64,000 nt of DNA from Chloroflexota bacterium (GTDB lineage: Bacteria; Chloroflexota; UBA11872; VXNJ01), in contig OZ253449.1 in the NCBI GenBank assembly GCA_965261345.1, positions 1,984,001-2,048,000 of the forward strand, written 5' to 3'. Shown in pieces: positions 40,168 to 50,486 of this stretch. The notes below the pieces were generated by a model that saw only the letters and a list, made by a program, of their open reading frames with translations, was not told where the DNA came from and did not search any database. Position 1 is the stretch's first letter, and the number at the start of each line of letters is the position of its first letter. The position numbers and the translations under genes were made by a program.

Positions 40168-41670
40168 TTAGGCGGCAAAATTGCCAAAGTGATCTAAGAG
40201 TGCTTCATACATGACATCAAATTTGAGCAACTGAGCGGCGTAGTAGGCGCTGGCGGCCGGGTCGGGGTCGACTTGCTCGACGATCGGAATCATGTCGGCC
40301 GCCTGCTCGAGCGATTCGATCACGTGCATCGAACGCATCGCCAAAAGGGCCGCTCCCAGCACCGATGCATCGCCCTTGGCCGGCAGCGAGAGCGGGGTAC
40401 CCAGACAATCGGCCAGCATCTGCACCCAGAAGCGTGATCCCGTGAATCCGCCGGTGGTTCGAACCTCGCTCGGTTGGGCGCAGATCTCTTTGAGGGCGGT
40501 AAACACTTGTCCAAGATGCAGGCAGATCGACTCCATCGCCGCTCGCGCGATGTGATCGCGCGAATGACCCAGCGTCAACCCTAAAAGCATGCCGCGTGCG
40601 TCAACGTTCCAGTTCGGTGAGCGTTCACCAGCTAGGTAGGGCAGCAGCAAAAGTCCTTCGGCGCCGATCGGGGCCGCCTGCGCGGCGACGTTGACGGGCG
40701 TGTAATCATCGCGGTCTAAACGGTCGGCAAAGAATGTGTCACGAACCCAGCGATAGACGATTCCGGCCGACGATATGGCTCCGCCATTGACCCAGAGGCC
40801 GTCGGCCAGGTAGTAGGACCAGGTTGCCCTCCCCGGGTGCAGTACCGGGCGGGCATCGATCGTGCGGCAGGCCGCCGAGGTGGCAATCATGGCGGTGTAG
40901 ACACCGGTCCCGATCCCTCCGACGCCGACTGATGAGAGCATGCCGTCGGCGGCCCCGACAATGAGCGGCGTGCGTTCAGGCAGCCCGACTTGGGCGGCGA
41001 TCGCCGGGAGGAAACGGACCTGCTCGTGGGATTCGGTCAGTTCGCCCAGCTGATCCGGTTTAACTCCCAGATAGCTGAGCCATTCGTCGTTCCAGGAGAG
41101 TCCGGCGGTATCGAGCATTCCCGAACCCGAACCAACCGAGCGGTCAAGCAGGAGGTGGCCGGTGAGACGGTAGAGCAGGTAGGTCTTAAGGGGGACGAAC
41201 CAGCGGGCGAGCCCAAACCGCTCGGGGTAGTGCTCGGCCAACCAGCCGATCTTGGGGCCGGTGTAGATCGAATGGATCTGGCATCCGGTGCGCTGATAAA
41301 CGCGGTCATGATCGAGCGCTGTCTGGCTGGCGCGGACCTGCGGACCGCAGCGCAGATCGGCCCAGGTCAGCGCCATGCCCAGCGGGCAGCGATCGGCATC
41401 CAGCGCCACCAGCGATCCGATGATTGCGCTAAGCCCCACCGCGGCGATTTCGCAACCATGGCGATGGCGGGCCAGGTCGGCGCACTCGGCGAGCACCTGC
41501 AAACAGGTAGCAACATATACGGCGGGGTCCTGTTCGGCGGCGCCGGGAACGGGCGAGAGCATTGGCAGGTCGGCGCGGGCCGAGCAGACCGCCACCGCTT
41601 CGCTGGTGAACGCGGTCGCCTTAACTCCGGTGGTTCCGGCGTCAAGGCCGATGAATACGGACTGGGACAA
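40168..41670 (-). CDS. FGGY carbohydrate kinase (gluconokinase/xylulokinase-like)
   Basis: GLDAGTTG, TWADLR, PYLAGERSP, TGGF. Confidence 0.9.
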   Translation of the reverse strand: MSQSVFIGLDAGTTGVKATAFTSEAVAVCSARADLPMLSPVPGAAEQDPAVYVATCLQVLAECADLARHRHGCEIAAVGLSAIIGSLVALDADRCPLGMALTWADLRCGPQVRASQTALDHDRVYQRTGCQIHSIYTGPKIGWLAEHYPERFGLARWFVPLKTYLLYRLTGHLLLDRSVGSGSGMLDTAGLSWNDEWLSYLGVKPDQLGELTESHEQVRFLPAIAAQVGLPERTPLIVGAADGMLSSVGVGGIGTGVYTAMIATSAACRTIDARPVLHPGRATWSYYLADGLWVNGGAISSAGIVYRWVRDTFFADRLDRDDYTPVNVAAQAAPIGAEGLLLLPYLAGERSPNWNVDARGMLLGLTLGHSRDHIARAAMESICLHLGQVFTALKEICAQPSEVRTTGGFTGSRFWVQMLADCLGTPLSLPAKGDASVLGAALLAMRSMHVIESLEQAADMIPIVEQVDPDPAASAYYAAQLLKFDVMYEALLDHFGNFAA

Positions 41671-41712
41671 GTGGGCGACGGTGTTCTGAGGATCAGCCGT
41701 TCGGGTACCAGA

Positions 41713-41928
41713 TCAACGGCGGAGGCGGCCCTTGCCGTCGCATTTGGGGCACGTGCCGCTGGCAACGTGCCAACCACCCGGCTTGGATGGGTCGGGCCAG
41801 CGCTCATCGATCGAGCCGGTCGCGTCGCAGCGATTGCAGCGCGGACCCTGTGGGCCCAGCAGTCGCGGAAGCAGGATCACGCCGGCGGCGATTATGGCCA
41901 GCGGAATTATGAAGGTCGTAAGGTCCAT
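41713..41928 (-). CDS. Small membrane protein with DnaJ-like Cys4 zinc finger
   Basis: N-terminal TM; CNRCDATG and CPKCDGKG; GGAAGG RBS. Confidence 0.7.
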   Translation of the reverse strand: MDLTTFIIPLAIIAAGVILLPRLLGPQGPRCNRCDATGSIDERWPDPSKPGGWHVASGTCPKCDGKGRLRR

Positions 41929-42051
41929 TTTTCCACCTTCCGCGTCTCGCTGCCCTCATTATCAACCGCGCCCGCCAAACCGCCAGCAAAGCACGGGCGA
42001 ATTTTTTGGAGATTTCAATCCTCTGCCCAATTGGGCCAATAGAATCGGCCC

Positions 42052-45000
42052 ATGCGAGCGGCCAATTCAACTGAATTTGTGCACCTGCACGTCCATTCCG
42101 AATTCAGTCTGCTGGACGGAATGGGCAAGATTCCCGATCTGGTTAACCGGGCCGGCGATCTGGGAATGGGGGCCTTGGCGCTGACCGATCACGGATCGAT
42201 GTTCGGGGCCATGAATTTCTATCTGGAGGCGCGCCGCCAGGGGATCAAGCCAATCGTCGGGTGCGAGGTTTACGTGGCCGCCCGATCCATGTCCCAAAAG
42301 GAGGCGCGGCGCGACCAAAGCTCCTCCCATCTGACCTTGGTCTGCCAGGACGCGACCGGGTACCGCAACCTAATCGGGATGGTGTCGAAGGCCCACCTCA
42401 ACGGTTTCTACTACAAGCCGCGGATCGATCTTGACCTGCTTGCCAGCCAGTCCGAGGGCATCATTTGTCTGTCCGGCTGCCCGGCCAGCGACATGTCGCG
42501 CCGGATTCGCGACGGGAACCTCGAATCGGCCCGCCAGCTGGCGGGCCGTTACCGCGAGATCTTCGGGCCCGATCGATTCTTCATCGAAGTGATGAACCAC
42601 GATCTGGAAATCGAGCGCGTTCTCAACCCGGGCCTGCTGCAGATTGCCGGCGAACTAGGTGCCCGCCTGGTTGGCACCCAGGATGTTCACTACGTGGATC
42701 GGCAGGACCAGGAGGCCCACGACGTGCTGCTTTGCATCGGCACCAAGTCGAGGGTCGCCGACGCCTCACGGCTAAAGATGGACGGGTTTTACCATCTGGC
42801 CGGCGCCGAGGAAATGGAAAGTCGCCTGTCGGAATTTCCGGGTGCTTTCCAAAACACCGCCCTGGTGGCTGAGGCCTGCAACCTACAGCTTGATCTGGGC
42901 CGGATCTCATTGCCGCCAATAGATCTGCCCGAGGGCCGGACCGCGGCCGAGCACCTGCGCGAACTGTCCAGGGCCGGACTGGCCGAACGCCGTCCCGGGG
43001 ACGGCCCCACCTACCCCGAACGGCTAGAACACGAACTCGGGATCATCTGTTCGCTCGGGTTCGAAACCTATTTCCTAATCCATGCCGAGATATTCCAGTT
43101 CGTCCGCCAGCGTGGAATCCTGGCCGGTCCGCGCGGGTCGGTCGGAGGCTCGCTGGTGGCCTATGCGCTGCGGATTTCCGACATCGATCCGATTCAGCGC
43201 GATATTCCATTTGAGCGCTTCCTCAACGAGGGTCGCCGCGATCGTCCGCCGGACATCGACATGGACTTTCCAGACGATCACCGCGCGACCGTAATTGATT
43301 ACCTTTCGCGCAAGTACGGGCGCGAGCACGTGGCCCAGATTGCCACCTTCGGCACCATGGCCGCCCGCCAGGTGCTGCGCGACGTGGGCCGCGTAATGGA
43401 CATGCCCTACGACGCCGTTGACCGCATCGCCAAGGCGATCCCGCAGGTGGCGGTGGACCCCTGGGACCTTAAGCGGTCGCTCGCCAATGTGGAGGAAATC
43501 GCGCTCGCCTACCGCTCGGATCCGCAGGTCCAACGCTTGATCGATCTGGGTCTCAAGCTGGAGGGAATCTCGCGCAACCCTTCGGTCCATGCCGCAGGGG
43601 TTGTGGTGGCAAATACCCCACTGGCCCAGCACCTACCCCTGATGCGCGGTCAACAGGGCGAGCCAGTTTCGCAATTTACCTTCGATACCCTCGAGCAGAT
43701 CGGATTCTTAAAGCTCGACATTCTGGGGTTGTCGACCTTTCGAACTATTAGCACCGCGATCGGGCTGATCAGCGATCGGTACCAGCAGCAGATCGACCTT
43801 GAGACGATCCCGTTTGACGACTCGGCCACCTTTGCGATGCTCTCGAAGGGGCGTACGGTTGGATGTTTCCAACTGGAGAGCGAGGGTATGACCCGCGCGC
43901 TGGTGCAACTCCAACCGAGCCGCGTGGAAGACTTGGCAGTTCTGGTCGCGCTCTACCGCCCGGGACCGATGTCCAACATCGACCGCTATGTGGCGATGAA
44001 AAAGGACCCGACGCGGGTTCGCTATCTCCACCCAGCGCTCGAACCGATTCTCAAGGAGACCTATGGGGTAATGGTCTACCAAGACCAGGTCCTGGTGGCG
44101 GCGCGCGAGCTGGCCGGATTCAGCTGGCCCGAGATCGACGTCATGCGCAAAGCTCTCGGCAAAAAGATCCCGACCGAACTGGCCGAACAGCGCGAGAAAT
44201 TCCTATCCGGGGCGGCCGCCGGCGGTATCGCCCGCAACGTGGCCGAGTCCATATACGAACTGGTCGAGCCATTCGGTGGCTACGGATTCAATAAGGCCCA
44301 CGCTTTCTATTACGGTACGGTGGCCTATTGGACCGCCTACCTCAAAGCGAATTACCCGCGTGAATTTATGGCCGCGGTGCTTACCACCGCCAGCGGCGAT
44401 TCAGCCAAACTGGGCTCGGCCATCAGCGAGTGCCGCAATCTGGCCATATCGGTCAAGGGGCCAGACCTCAAGCGATCAGGCGCCGATTTTGAGGTCAGCG
44501 GGGACGACATCTACTTCGGCCTTGCAGCGATCAAAGGGATTGGACGCAAACTGGCCGACGACATAGTCGCGCACCGGACCAAACCATATGCGGATATGGC
44601 CGATCTGTGCAAACGGGCTTCCGGCCAGATCGGGCGGGCCCAGCTTGAGCGCCTGGCCAAATGCGGGGCACTGGATTATTTCGGTGAACGCAGCGCCCTG
44701 CTTGAATCGGTCGAACCAACGATTCGGCACCTTCAGTCACTGCGCGCCAGCGGATTAATCGACCAGCGGACCCTGTTCGGAGGAACGGGTTCAGATTCGC
44801 CTGGCCAACCGTCGGCGATGGCAATGACCTTGCCGTCGGTAGCTCCGGCCAGCCGCGAGCAGAAAGCGCTCTGGGAGCGCGAGGGGTTGGGAATCAATTT
44901 CACGCCCGACGAATTTGACGATGTGGCCCACAAATTGCGTGGTGCCAACCTCCCGCTCCCCGACGAAATTGGACCGGAACGCGTCGACACCGAGCCCGAG

Positions 45001-45699
45001 ACGGGCGGCGTGATCAGTGACCTGCGCCAATTCCGGACCCGCTACAACCGCCAAATGTGCGCATTTAAGCTATCGGCCGGCGGCGTTACCTCGCTGAGCG
45101 TTACGGTCCTGCCGCGGATGTTTGAGAAACGAGGTTCGATCCTGGCCGATGGCCGGATCGTCTGGCTGAAAGGCAAGGTCGAATCGGATGGTGCGACGGT
45201 GCGACTGGTGGTGAACGATTCGGGCAGGCTGGAGCCGCTGGCCCGTTTGGCCAGCAAGGGGGCCAGCGGCGCGACCCCGGGGCCCGCCCGGGCGGAGCGC
45301 GGTCCGTCGCCGCGGGATACCAGTGGCCAACCCGCCGTTGACCGACCGACCGCAGACGATGCTTCCTCGCACCCCGCCAACGGCCAACCGGCCGCCGCCG
45401 CGCCGGTCGACACAACTGTCAGCGCTGATCTGACCCATCAAGGCTCCGCAAAAACACCGCGGCGACTGCGCATGACCCTGAGCGGCCGGGAAACCGACGA
45501 TCTTGGTCGGCTGCGACTCTTGCGAGAGGAAATGCGGGCCAATCCGGGGCCGTTCTTTATCGAGCTGGAACTGCGCGGCGACGGTGAATCGATCGTCCTG
45601 CGCCTGCCCGGAAAAGTCGCCGATCCGGCGATGATCGCCGATGCCCTACCGGGCCAATTCGAGGTTGTCGGACCCGACACCGGCGCGGGCGGCGATTGA
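42052..45699 (+). CDS. dnaE: DNA polymerase III alpha subunit
   Basis: HLHVHSEFSLLDG, TDHG, RGS, PDIDMDF, KLDILGL, GYGFNKAH. Confidence 0.97.
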   Translation: MRAANSTEFVHLHVHSEFSLLDGMGKIPDLVNRAGDLGMGALALTDHGSMFGAMNFYLEARRQGIKPIVGCEVYVAARSMSQKEARRDQSSSHLTLVCQDATGYRNLIGMVSKAHLNGFYYKPRIDLDLLASQSEGIICLSGCPASDMSRRIRDGNLESARQLAGRYREIFGPDRFFIEVMNHDLEIERVLNPGLLQIAGELGARLVGTQDVHYVDRQDQEAHDVLLCIGTKSRVADASRLKMDGFYHLAGAEEMESRLSEFPGAFQNTALVAEACNLQLDLGRISLPPIDLPEGRTAAEHLRELSRAGLAERRPGDGPTYPERLEHELGIICSLGFETYFLIHAEIFQFVRQRGILAGPRGSVGGSLVAYALRISDIDPIQRDIPFERFLNEGRRDRPPDIDMDFPDDHRATVIDYLSRKYGREHVAQIATFGTMAARQVLRDVGRVMDMPYDAVDRIAKAIPQVAVDPWDLKRSLANVEEIALAYRSDPQVQRLIDLGLKLEGISRNPSVHAAGVVVANTPLAQHLPLMRGQQGEPVSQFTFDTLEQIGFLKLDILGLSTFRTISTAIGLISDRYQQQIDLETIPFDDSATFAMLSKGRTVGCFQLESEGMTRALVQLQPSRVEDLAVLVALYRPGPMSNIDRYVAMKKDPTRVRYLHPALEPILKETYGVMVYQDQVLVAARELAGFSWPEIDVMRKALGKKIPTELAEQREKFLSGAAAGGIARNVAESIYELVEPFGGYGFNKAHAFYYGTVAYWTAYLKANYPREFMAAVLTTASGDSAKLGSAISECRNLAISVKGPDLKRSGADFEVSGDDIYFGLAAIKGIGRKLADDIVAHRTKPYADMADLCKRASGQIGRAQLERLAKCGALDYFGERSALLESVEPTIRHLQSLRASGLIDQRTLFGGTGSDSPGQPSAMAMTLPSVAPASREQKALWEREGLGINFTPDEFDDVAHKLRGANLPLPDEIGPERVDTEPETGGVISDLRQFRTRYNRQMCAFKLSAGGVTSLSVTVLPRMFEKRGSILADGRIVWLKGKVESDGATVRLVVNDSGRLEPLARLASKGASGATPGPARAERGPSPRDTSGQPAVDRPTADDASSHPANGQPAAAAPVDTTVSADLTHQGSAKTPRRLRMTLSGRETDDLGRLRLLREEMRANPGPFFIELELRGDGESIVLRLPGKVADPAMIADALPGQFEVVGPDTGAGGD

Positions 45700-45813
45700 T
45701 TACATAATTTCAAAGACCTTTTCGGCTGCTCATTCCGCCACGGATCTGGCCGGCCGGCAGTTGCAATTGACCAAATCGGGCAAAACCGCCAAAACGCAAG
45801 GAGACGGCGCGCA

Positions 45814-46707
45814 ATGAGAGTTGGATTTATCGGCCTTGGCACGATGGGGTTACCCATGGCAACGAACCTGCTAAAAGCCGGGTACGAAACCGTTGTCTGG
45901 AACCGCACCGCGTCCAAAGCCGCAGAGCTCGTCGACGCCGGGGCGGTGTTGGCCGAATCACCCGGTGAACTGGCCGCGCAGTGCGATGTAATCGCGGCCT
46001 GTCTGCTCCTGCCGCAGATATCCGAAGACATTTTCCTGGGGCCCGGGGGAGTGGTCGAACGGGCGGCGGCCGGAGCGGTGCTTATCGACTTTTCGACCAA
46101 TGGAGTCGATACCGCCAAAAAGTGTTACGATGCCGCCCAGGCAAACGGCCAAGGGTACCTGGATGCACCGATATCCGGTGGGCCCTGGGGGGCCGAGGCC
46201 GGGACGCTGGCAATCATGGTGGGCGGCGATGAGGCCGCTTTCGACCGCGCCAAACCGGTGCTGGACGTGCTCGGCGGCAACGTAAATCTGATGGGTGGAC
46301 CGGGCGCGGGGGCGGTCACCAAACTGGCCAACCAGGTCATCTTCGCCGCCCAACTGGCTATCGCCGGGGAAGCCTTTGTGATGGCCCAGAAATTTGGGCT
46401 CAACCCAGAGGCCTTGCTCAATGTACTGCAATCGGCTACTGCGGCCTCGGCTTCACTGGACCGCAACTTCGCAATGAAGGTCTTTAAGCGCGATTTTTCG
46501 CCGGCGTTTTCGGTTGATTTGTTGGCCAAGGACCTGGGGCTAACCTCCGACCTGTGTCGAAGCCTGGGAGTGCGTAACAACGTCGGCCTGATTGCCGAGA
46601 GTTTTATGCGCGAGGCTCAGGCCCAGGGCAACGGCGGACTGGACATAACTGCTGCCGTATTGACCCTTGAAAATCTGGCCGGAGTCGAGGTGCGGCCCCC
46701 GGCCTAA
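45814..46707 (+). CDS. Beta-hydroxyacid dehydrogenase (3-hydroxyisobutyrate DH/GarR family)
   Basis: GFIGLGTMG, DAPISGG, TKLANQ, FSVDLLAKDL. Confidence 0.92.
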   Translation: MRVGFIGLGTMGLPMATNLLKAGYETVVWNRTASKAAELVDAGAVLAESPGELAAQCDVIAACLLLPQISEDIFLGPGGVVERAAAGAVLIDFSTNGVDTAKKCYDAAQANGQGYLDAPISGGPWGAEAGTLAIMVGGDEAAFDRAKPVLDVLGGNVNLMGGPGAGAVTKLANQVIFAAQLAIAGEAFVMAQKFGLNPEALLNVLQSATAASASLDRNFAMKVFKRDFSPAFSVDLLAKDLGLTSDLCRSLGVRNNVGLIAESFMREAQAQGNGGLDITAAVLTLENLAGVEVRPPA

Positions 46708-46735
46708 CCGACCGTCCAAACTTCCAACCAGCGGG

Positions 46736-47134
46736 ATGTTGCGCCGGTTTCTGGTCGGCTGGGTCTCGGTCATCGTCGGGCTCGTGGCGGCCGACCTGCT
46801 GTTGGGCGACCGGCTGACGATGCCCGAGCAGACTTCAAACCTCTACTGGTCAACATCTGCCGGTTTTGCCTTCGCATTCGCCTTTCTGGTTACCTACGTG
46901 CGCCCGCTGGTGACTTCGATGCTGGGTCCGCTGGGGTGCCTGCTCACCTTTATCACATTGGGTTCGGTGCATCTGGTCAGCGCTACCGCCCTTTTCTGGC
47001 TGGCACTGCAGCTGCCCCTGGCAATTTCGGTTATCGATGCGGTCAGCGCGATCTGGGCGGTGTTGATCATTAGCGGCTGTTCAATCGCCGGTTCCCAGCT
47101 GTTGGGCGCCGGCCGGCGCGGGCGGGCGGGCTAG
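46736..47134 (+). CDS. YvlD/phage-holin-4 family 4-TM membrane protein
   Basis: VRPLVTSMLGPLGCLLTFITLG, four hydrophobic segments. Confidence 0.65.
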   Translation: MLRRFLVGWVSVIVGLVAADLLLGDRLTMPEQTSNLYWSTSAGFAFAFAFLVTYVRPLVTSMLGPLGCLLTFITLGSVHLVSATALFWLALQLPLAISVIDAVSAIWAVLIISGCSIAGSQLLGAGRRGRAG

Positions 47135-47181
47135 GCAGATGCCCGATCGCTAGCGACCTGGCCGCCCGCGCCCACCTTGCA

Positions 47182-48894
47182 TTGCAGTCCGCTGACCGCC
47201 CGGTCGGATTCGGCCAATTGGCCAGCGTAGTTTACGCGGCCGAAAGATCGTCAATTCCCGCCGTGCTTGGGCTGCAATTGGCGGCGGCCTTGGATGCTGA
47301 CGCGCGGTTTTTCCGGGACCAAGGCCAGGTTTCGCTGGCGGCCTGGGAAATGCGCGATGTGGGCTTGCAACATGCCGAATTTGTGGCCCTGGATGTGGAG
47401 TCCAACGGCGGAGCCTCGGGACGCCACCGGATCATCGAGTTGGGCGCGGTCCGATTTGGGGTCGATGGGATCCGAGGCCGTTTCCAGACCTTGGTGGCGG
47501 CCCCGGCGCCGATCGCCCGGGCGGTGACCGCGATGACCGGGATCGAGGATGAAATGCTTTGCGGGGCCCCATCGCCGGCAAAGGCCCTCGAATCGCTGGC
47601 CGAATTCTGCCTGGGTGCGGTCTTGGTTGCCCACAACCTGGTCTCAGACCTAAATTACATAAACCAAGAGGCCCACTGGGCCGGGCTGCCAACCATGAGT
47701 GGAGACGGTCTGGACACAATGGCGATCGCGGCCTGGCAGCATCCCGACGGGGGGCCTTTCGGGTTGGCCCGTACGCTATCGCTCTACGGGTTGTTGGAGC
47801 AGTCGCTGCACCGCGCGGGGTCGGACGCCGAATCGGTGCGGGAGATCTTTCTGGCACAAATCGAACACGCCCGCGGCGCCGGTGTCGGCAAGGTTGGTCA
47901 GTTGCGCCAGATCTGTCAATCCGCGTTGACTCCCGATCCACATCTGGCTCGCTTGCTCGATCAGGCCGCCAAGCGACTACCGGCGCTGCCCGGGACGTAC
48001 CAGTTCATCGACGTAAACGGTAAAGTCCTCTACGTCGGCATGGCCAAATCGCTGCAGCGGCGGGTGCGGCAACACTTGGCAAATTCGAACCGGCACGCCC
48101 GCCGCCGCGACGGACTGCTAGAAAAAGTCGACCGAATCGAGCACCAAGTCTGCGGATCCGAGCTGGCCGCCATGATCTCCGAACAGGACCTGATCACTGG
48201 ACTGGATCCGCCGTTTAACCGCCAGAAGCGGTCGCACCGCGGCCCCCGTTACGTTGCCCTTAGCATGACCGGTAATCGCGGGCAATTGCGGGCCGTGGCC
48301 CAACCGCTGGGAACCGCCACGGCCTGCGCCGGTCCCTTCCGCACCGCCGCCAGCGCGCGCGAACTGGCGAGCCGACTACGCTCGGCGCTGGAAATTTCAG
48401 CTCGCTGGGATGAAGCCGGTCGGCCTTCGGCGAGCGGCCTTGCGGCGGCTGCCGCATTCCTGCGGGGTGGAATGGTTGCGGCACGACGGGAGTTGGGAGG
48501 TCAAGACGATCCGCAGGCTGCACGATATCTGCGACGCCTCAATTCCCGTGGACCTTGGCCGCGGCCCCTGCCCGGAGGAATGGCCGGACGCCCGGTGATC
48601 GCAGTCACTCACTCAGATATCCCCGGTCAAATTGCGATTTGGCTAATCGCCGCGGGCGCAGTGATCGCGCAACGGCCGGTTCCGCAGGCGGCCGAGGAAA
48701 TGTTGTCGGAAGCGGTCGAAGAATTGGTCGCAACTCCGATCCCCGAACCGGGCGATCGGCCCGACGCGGTGGGCAATCGGGTGGATCGTTGGCTTATCGG
48801 CAATGTCGATCGCCCCAACGTGATATGGATAGACGGCAACCGTGCCAAGATCGTGGCCCAGGCGAAGCGGGCGGCTCGCCGTTTGTGGACATGA
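47182..48894 (+). CDS. DEDDh exonuclease (DnaQ-like) fused to UvrC-type GIY-YIG nuclease
   Basis: ALDVES, VAHN, HRAGSDA; LPALPGTYQF..VLYVGMAKSLQRRVRQH, PPFN. Confidence 0.85.
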   Translation: MQSADRPVGFGQLASVVYAAERSSIPAVLGLQLAAALDADARFFRDQGQVSLAAWEMRDVGLQHAEFVALDVESNGGASGRHRIIELGAVRFGVDGIRGRFQTLVAAPAPIARAVTAMTGIEDEMLCGAPSPAKALESLAEFCLGAVLVAHNLVSDLNYINQEAHWAGLPTMSGDGLDTMAIAAWQHPDGGPFGLARTLSLYGLLEQSLHRAGSDAESVREIFLAQIEHARGAGVGKVGQLRQICQSALTPDPHLARLLDQAAKRLPALPGTYQFIDVNGKVLYVGMAKSLQRRVRQHLANSNRHARRRDGLLEKVDRIEHQVCGSELAAMISEQDLITGLDPPFNRQKRSHRGPRYVALSMTGNRGQLRAVAQPLGTATACAGPFRTAASARELASRLRSALEISARWDEAGRPSASGLAAAAAFLRGGMVAARRELGGQDDPQAARYLRRLNSRGPWPRPLPGGMAGRPVIAVTHSDIPGQIAIWLIAAGAVIAQRPVPQAAEEMLSEAVEELVATPIPEPGDRPDAVGNRVDRWLIGNVDRPNVIWIDGNRAKIVAQAKRAARRLWT

Positions 48895-48920
48895 CCGGGA
48901 CGGCCCGGCCCGGCTGGTCC

Positions 48921-50287
48921 CTAGACCGCTCCGAGGGCGCTTAGCAGCGCCGCGGCCTTGTGCTGAGTTTCTTTGAATTCGGCCGGTGGCTGCGAATCGG
49001 CCACAATCCCGCCGCCGACGTGGAATTGCCACTCCCGTCCCTCGCTGTATATGGTCCGGATCGGGATCGAGGCGGAGACGTATCCGTCAAATCCGACCTG
49101 GACGATTGCGCCGCAATAGCCGCCGCGGGTTACCGGCTCCAATTCGGCGATTATTTCCATCGCCCGCAATTTGGGAGCGCCGGTCACCGATCCGCCCGGA
49201 AACATCGACCTTAGTAGATCAAGCGCCCGCGCGGGCCCCGAAACCCGGGCCGAAATAGTCGACTCCAAATGGTGGATCCGCTGATTCGTAACGATCTGTA
49301 ACAGCCGCTCTACGGCAACTGATCCGGGCTCGGCGATTTTTCCAAGGTCGTTTCGCAAGACATCGACGATCATTACGTTTTCGGCTCGGTCCTTGGGGCT
49401 CATGACCAATTCTTCGGCCAGGACCTGGTCGGCGACCGGGTCCTCTCCACGGGGCCGCGTCCCCTTGATCGGCCGGGTTTGCACGACCCCTTTTTGGTGG
49501 AGCAACAGCAATTCGGGTGAAGCTGAAATTACCGATTGGCCGCGCTGACTCAAAAATGCGGCCATCGGATCGGTTCCCGACCGCCGCAGGCGCAGGAAGA
49601 CATTCCAGGGATCGGCACCCAGACGGCCCGATAGGCGCCGGGCGATGTTGACTTGGTAGACATCGCCGGCGGCAATGTAACGCTGAACCTGTTCGACGGT
49701 TTGCATGTAGCCGGAACGCGTAAAGTCGCTCATTGCCCCACTTGAACGGATCGAAGGAATCGCCCGCCATCTGGTTCGGAGCGCGGTTAGCAGGCTGCGA
49801 CGGTCAGACAGCCCGGTCTGCGGTCGGGGGTCGGCCCCGTTTACGATCAGCCACGTCTCGCCTTTGCCCTCGTCGTGGGCGATCACCCAGCCGTAGAGCC
49901 CGAAGCGCATCAGGTGACGCCCCGCCGGTGCACGGCAGTTGCGGACCCGATCAAAGCAATAGCCGGCCTCGTATTCAATTTGCCCGATCGCCCCGCCCGA
50001 AAACGGAACCGGGCCGAAAGATACCTCGCCGTGGCCGGCAAGGACCAAGTCCGACAGCTGGGCAAGCGCGTCGCCTTCGGGCTGTCCCGGCAGCCAGTCC
50101 ACCCAGGCGTACGGGTCGGCGGTTAGATAGCTGTGCCCGGTAACACCATTGGCGATAAACGCCAGGCCCGGCAGGTGACGGAGGTCCTCGGCGATCAACT
50201 CCAGCGGAGCCGACGACCGCAAGCGCTCGTATTGGATTAACCGCAGGCGCCGGCGGTTCGGGTTCGCCCCGGAAGGATCAATGGGCA

Positions 50288-50288
<1 letters not shown>
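48921..50288 (-). CDS. pabB: Chorismate-binding enzyme, aminodeoxychorismate synthase component I-like
   Basis: GDVYQVN, SPEL, RPIKGTR, KDRAENVMIVD, PGGSVTGAPK, GGGIVADS. Confidence 0.85.
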
Positions 50289-50361
<73 letters not shown>

Positions 50362-50435
50362 GTGAGGGTTGTTAGGGAGGTTCAAGCATACTAATTTGAG
50401 CCGCCGGACCACCGGCGTTAGGGATTTGAAGGGCT

Positions 50436-50443
50436 AATGCAAT
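50436..50443 (+). repeat. 8-bp target-site duplication AATGCAAT (left copy)
   Basis: Identical to 51928-51935; abuts the TIR. Confidence 0.88.
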
Positions 50444-50462
50444 GGGGCTTATATACCTAACT
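50444..50462 (+). repeat. Terminal inverted repeat, tnpB 3' side
   Basis: GGGGCTTATATACCTAACT. Confidence 0.88.
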
Positions 50463-50486
50463 AGCACAAGGCCCGTCGGCATACAT

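Noticed and set aside
42052-45699. Intein in dnaE
   Set aside because: No splice-junction or homing-endonuclease motifs; the extra length is a low-complexity linker.
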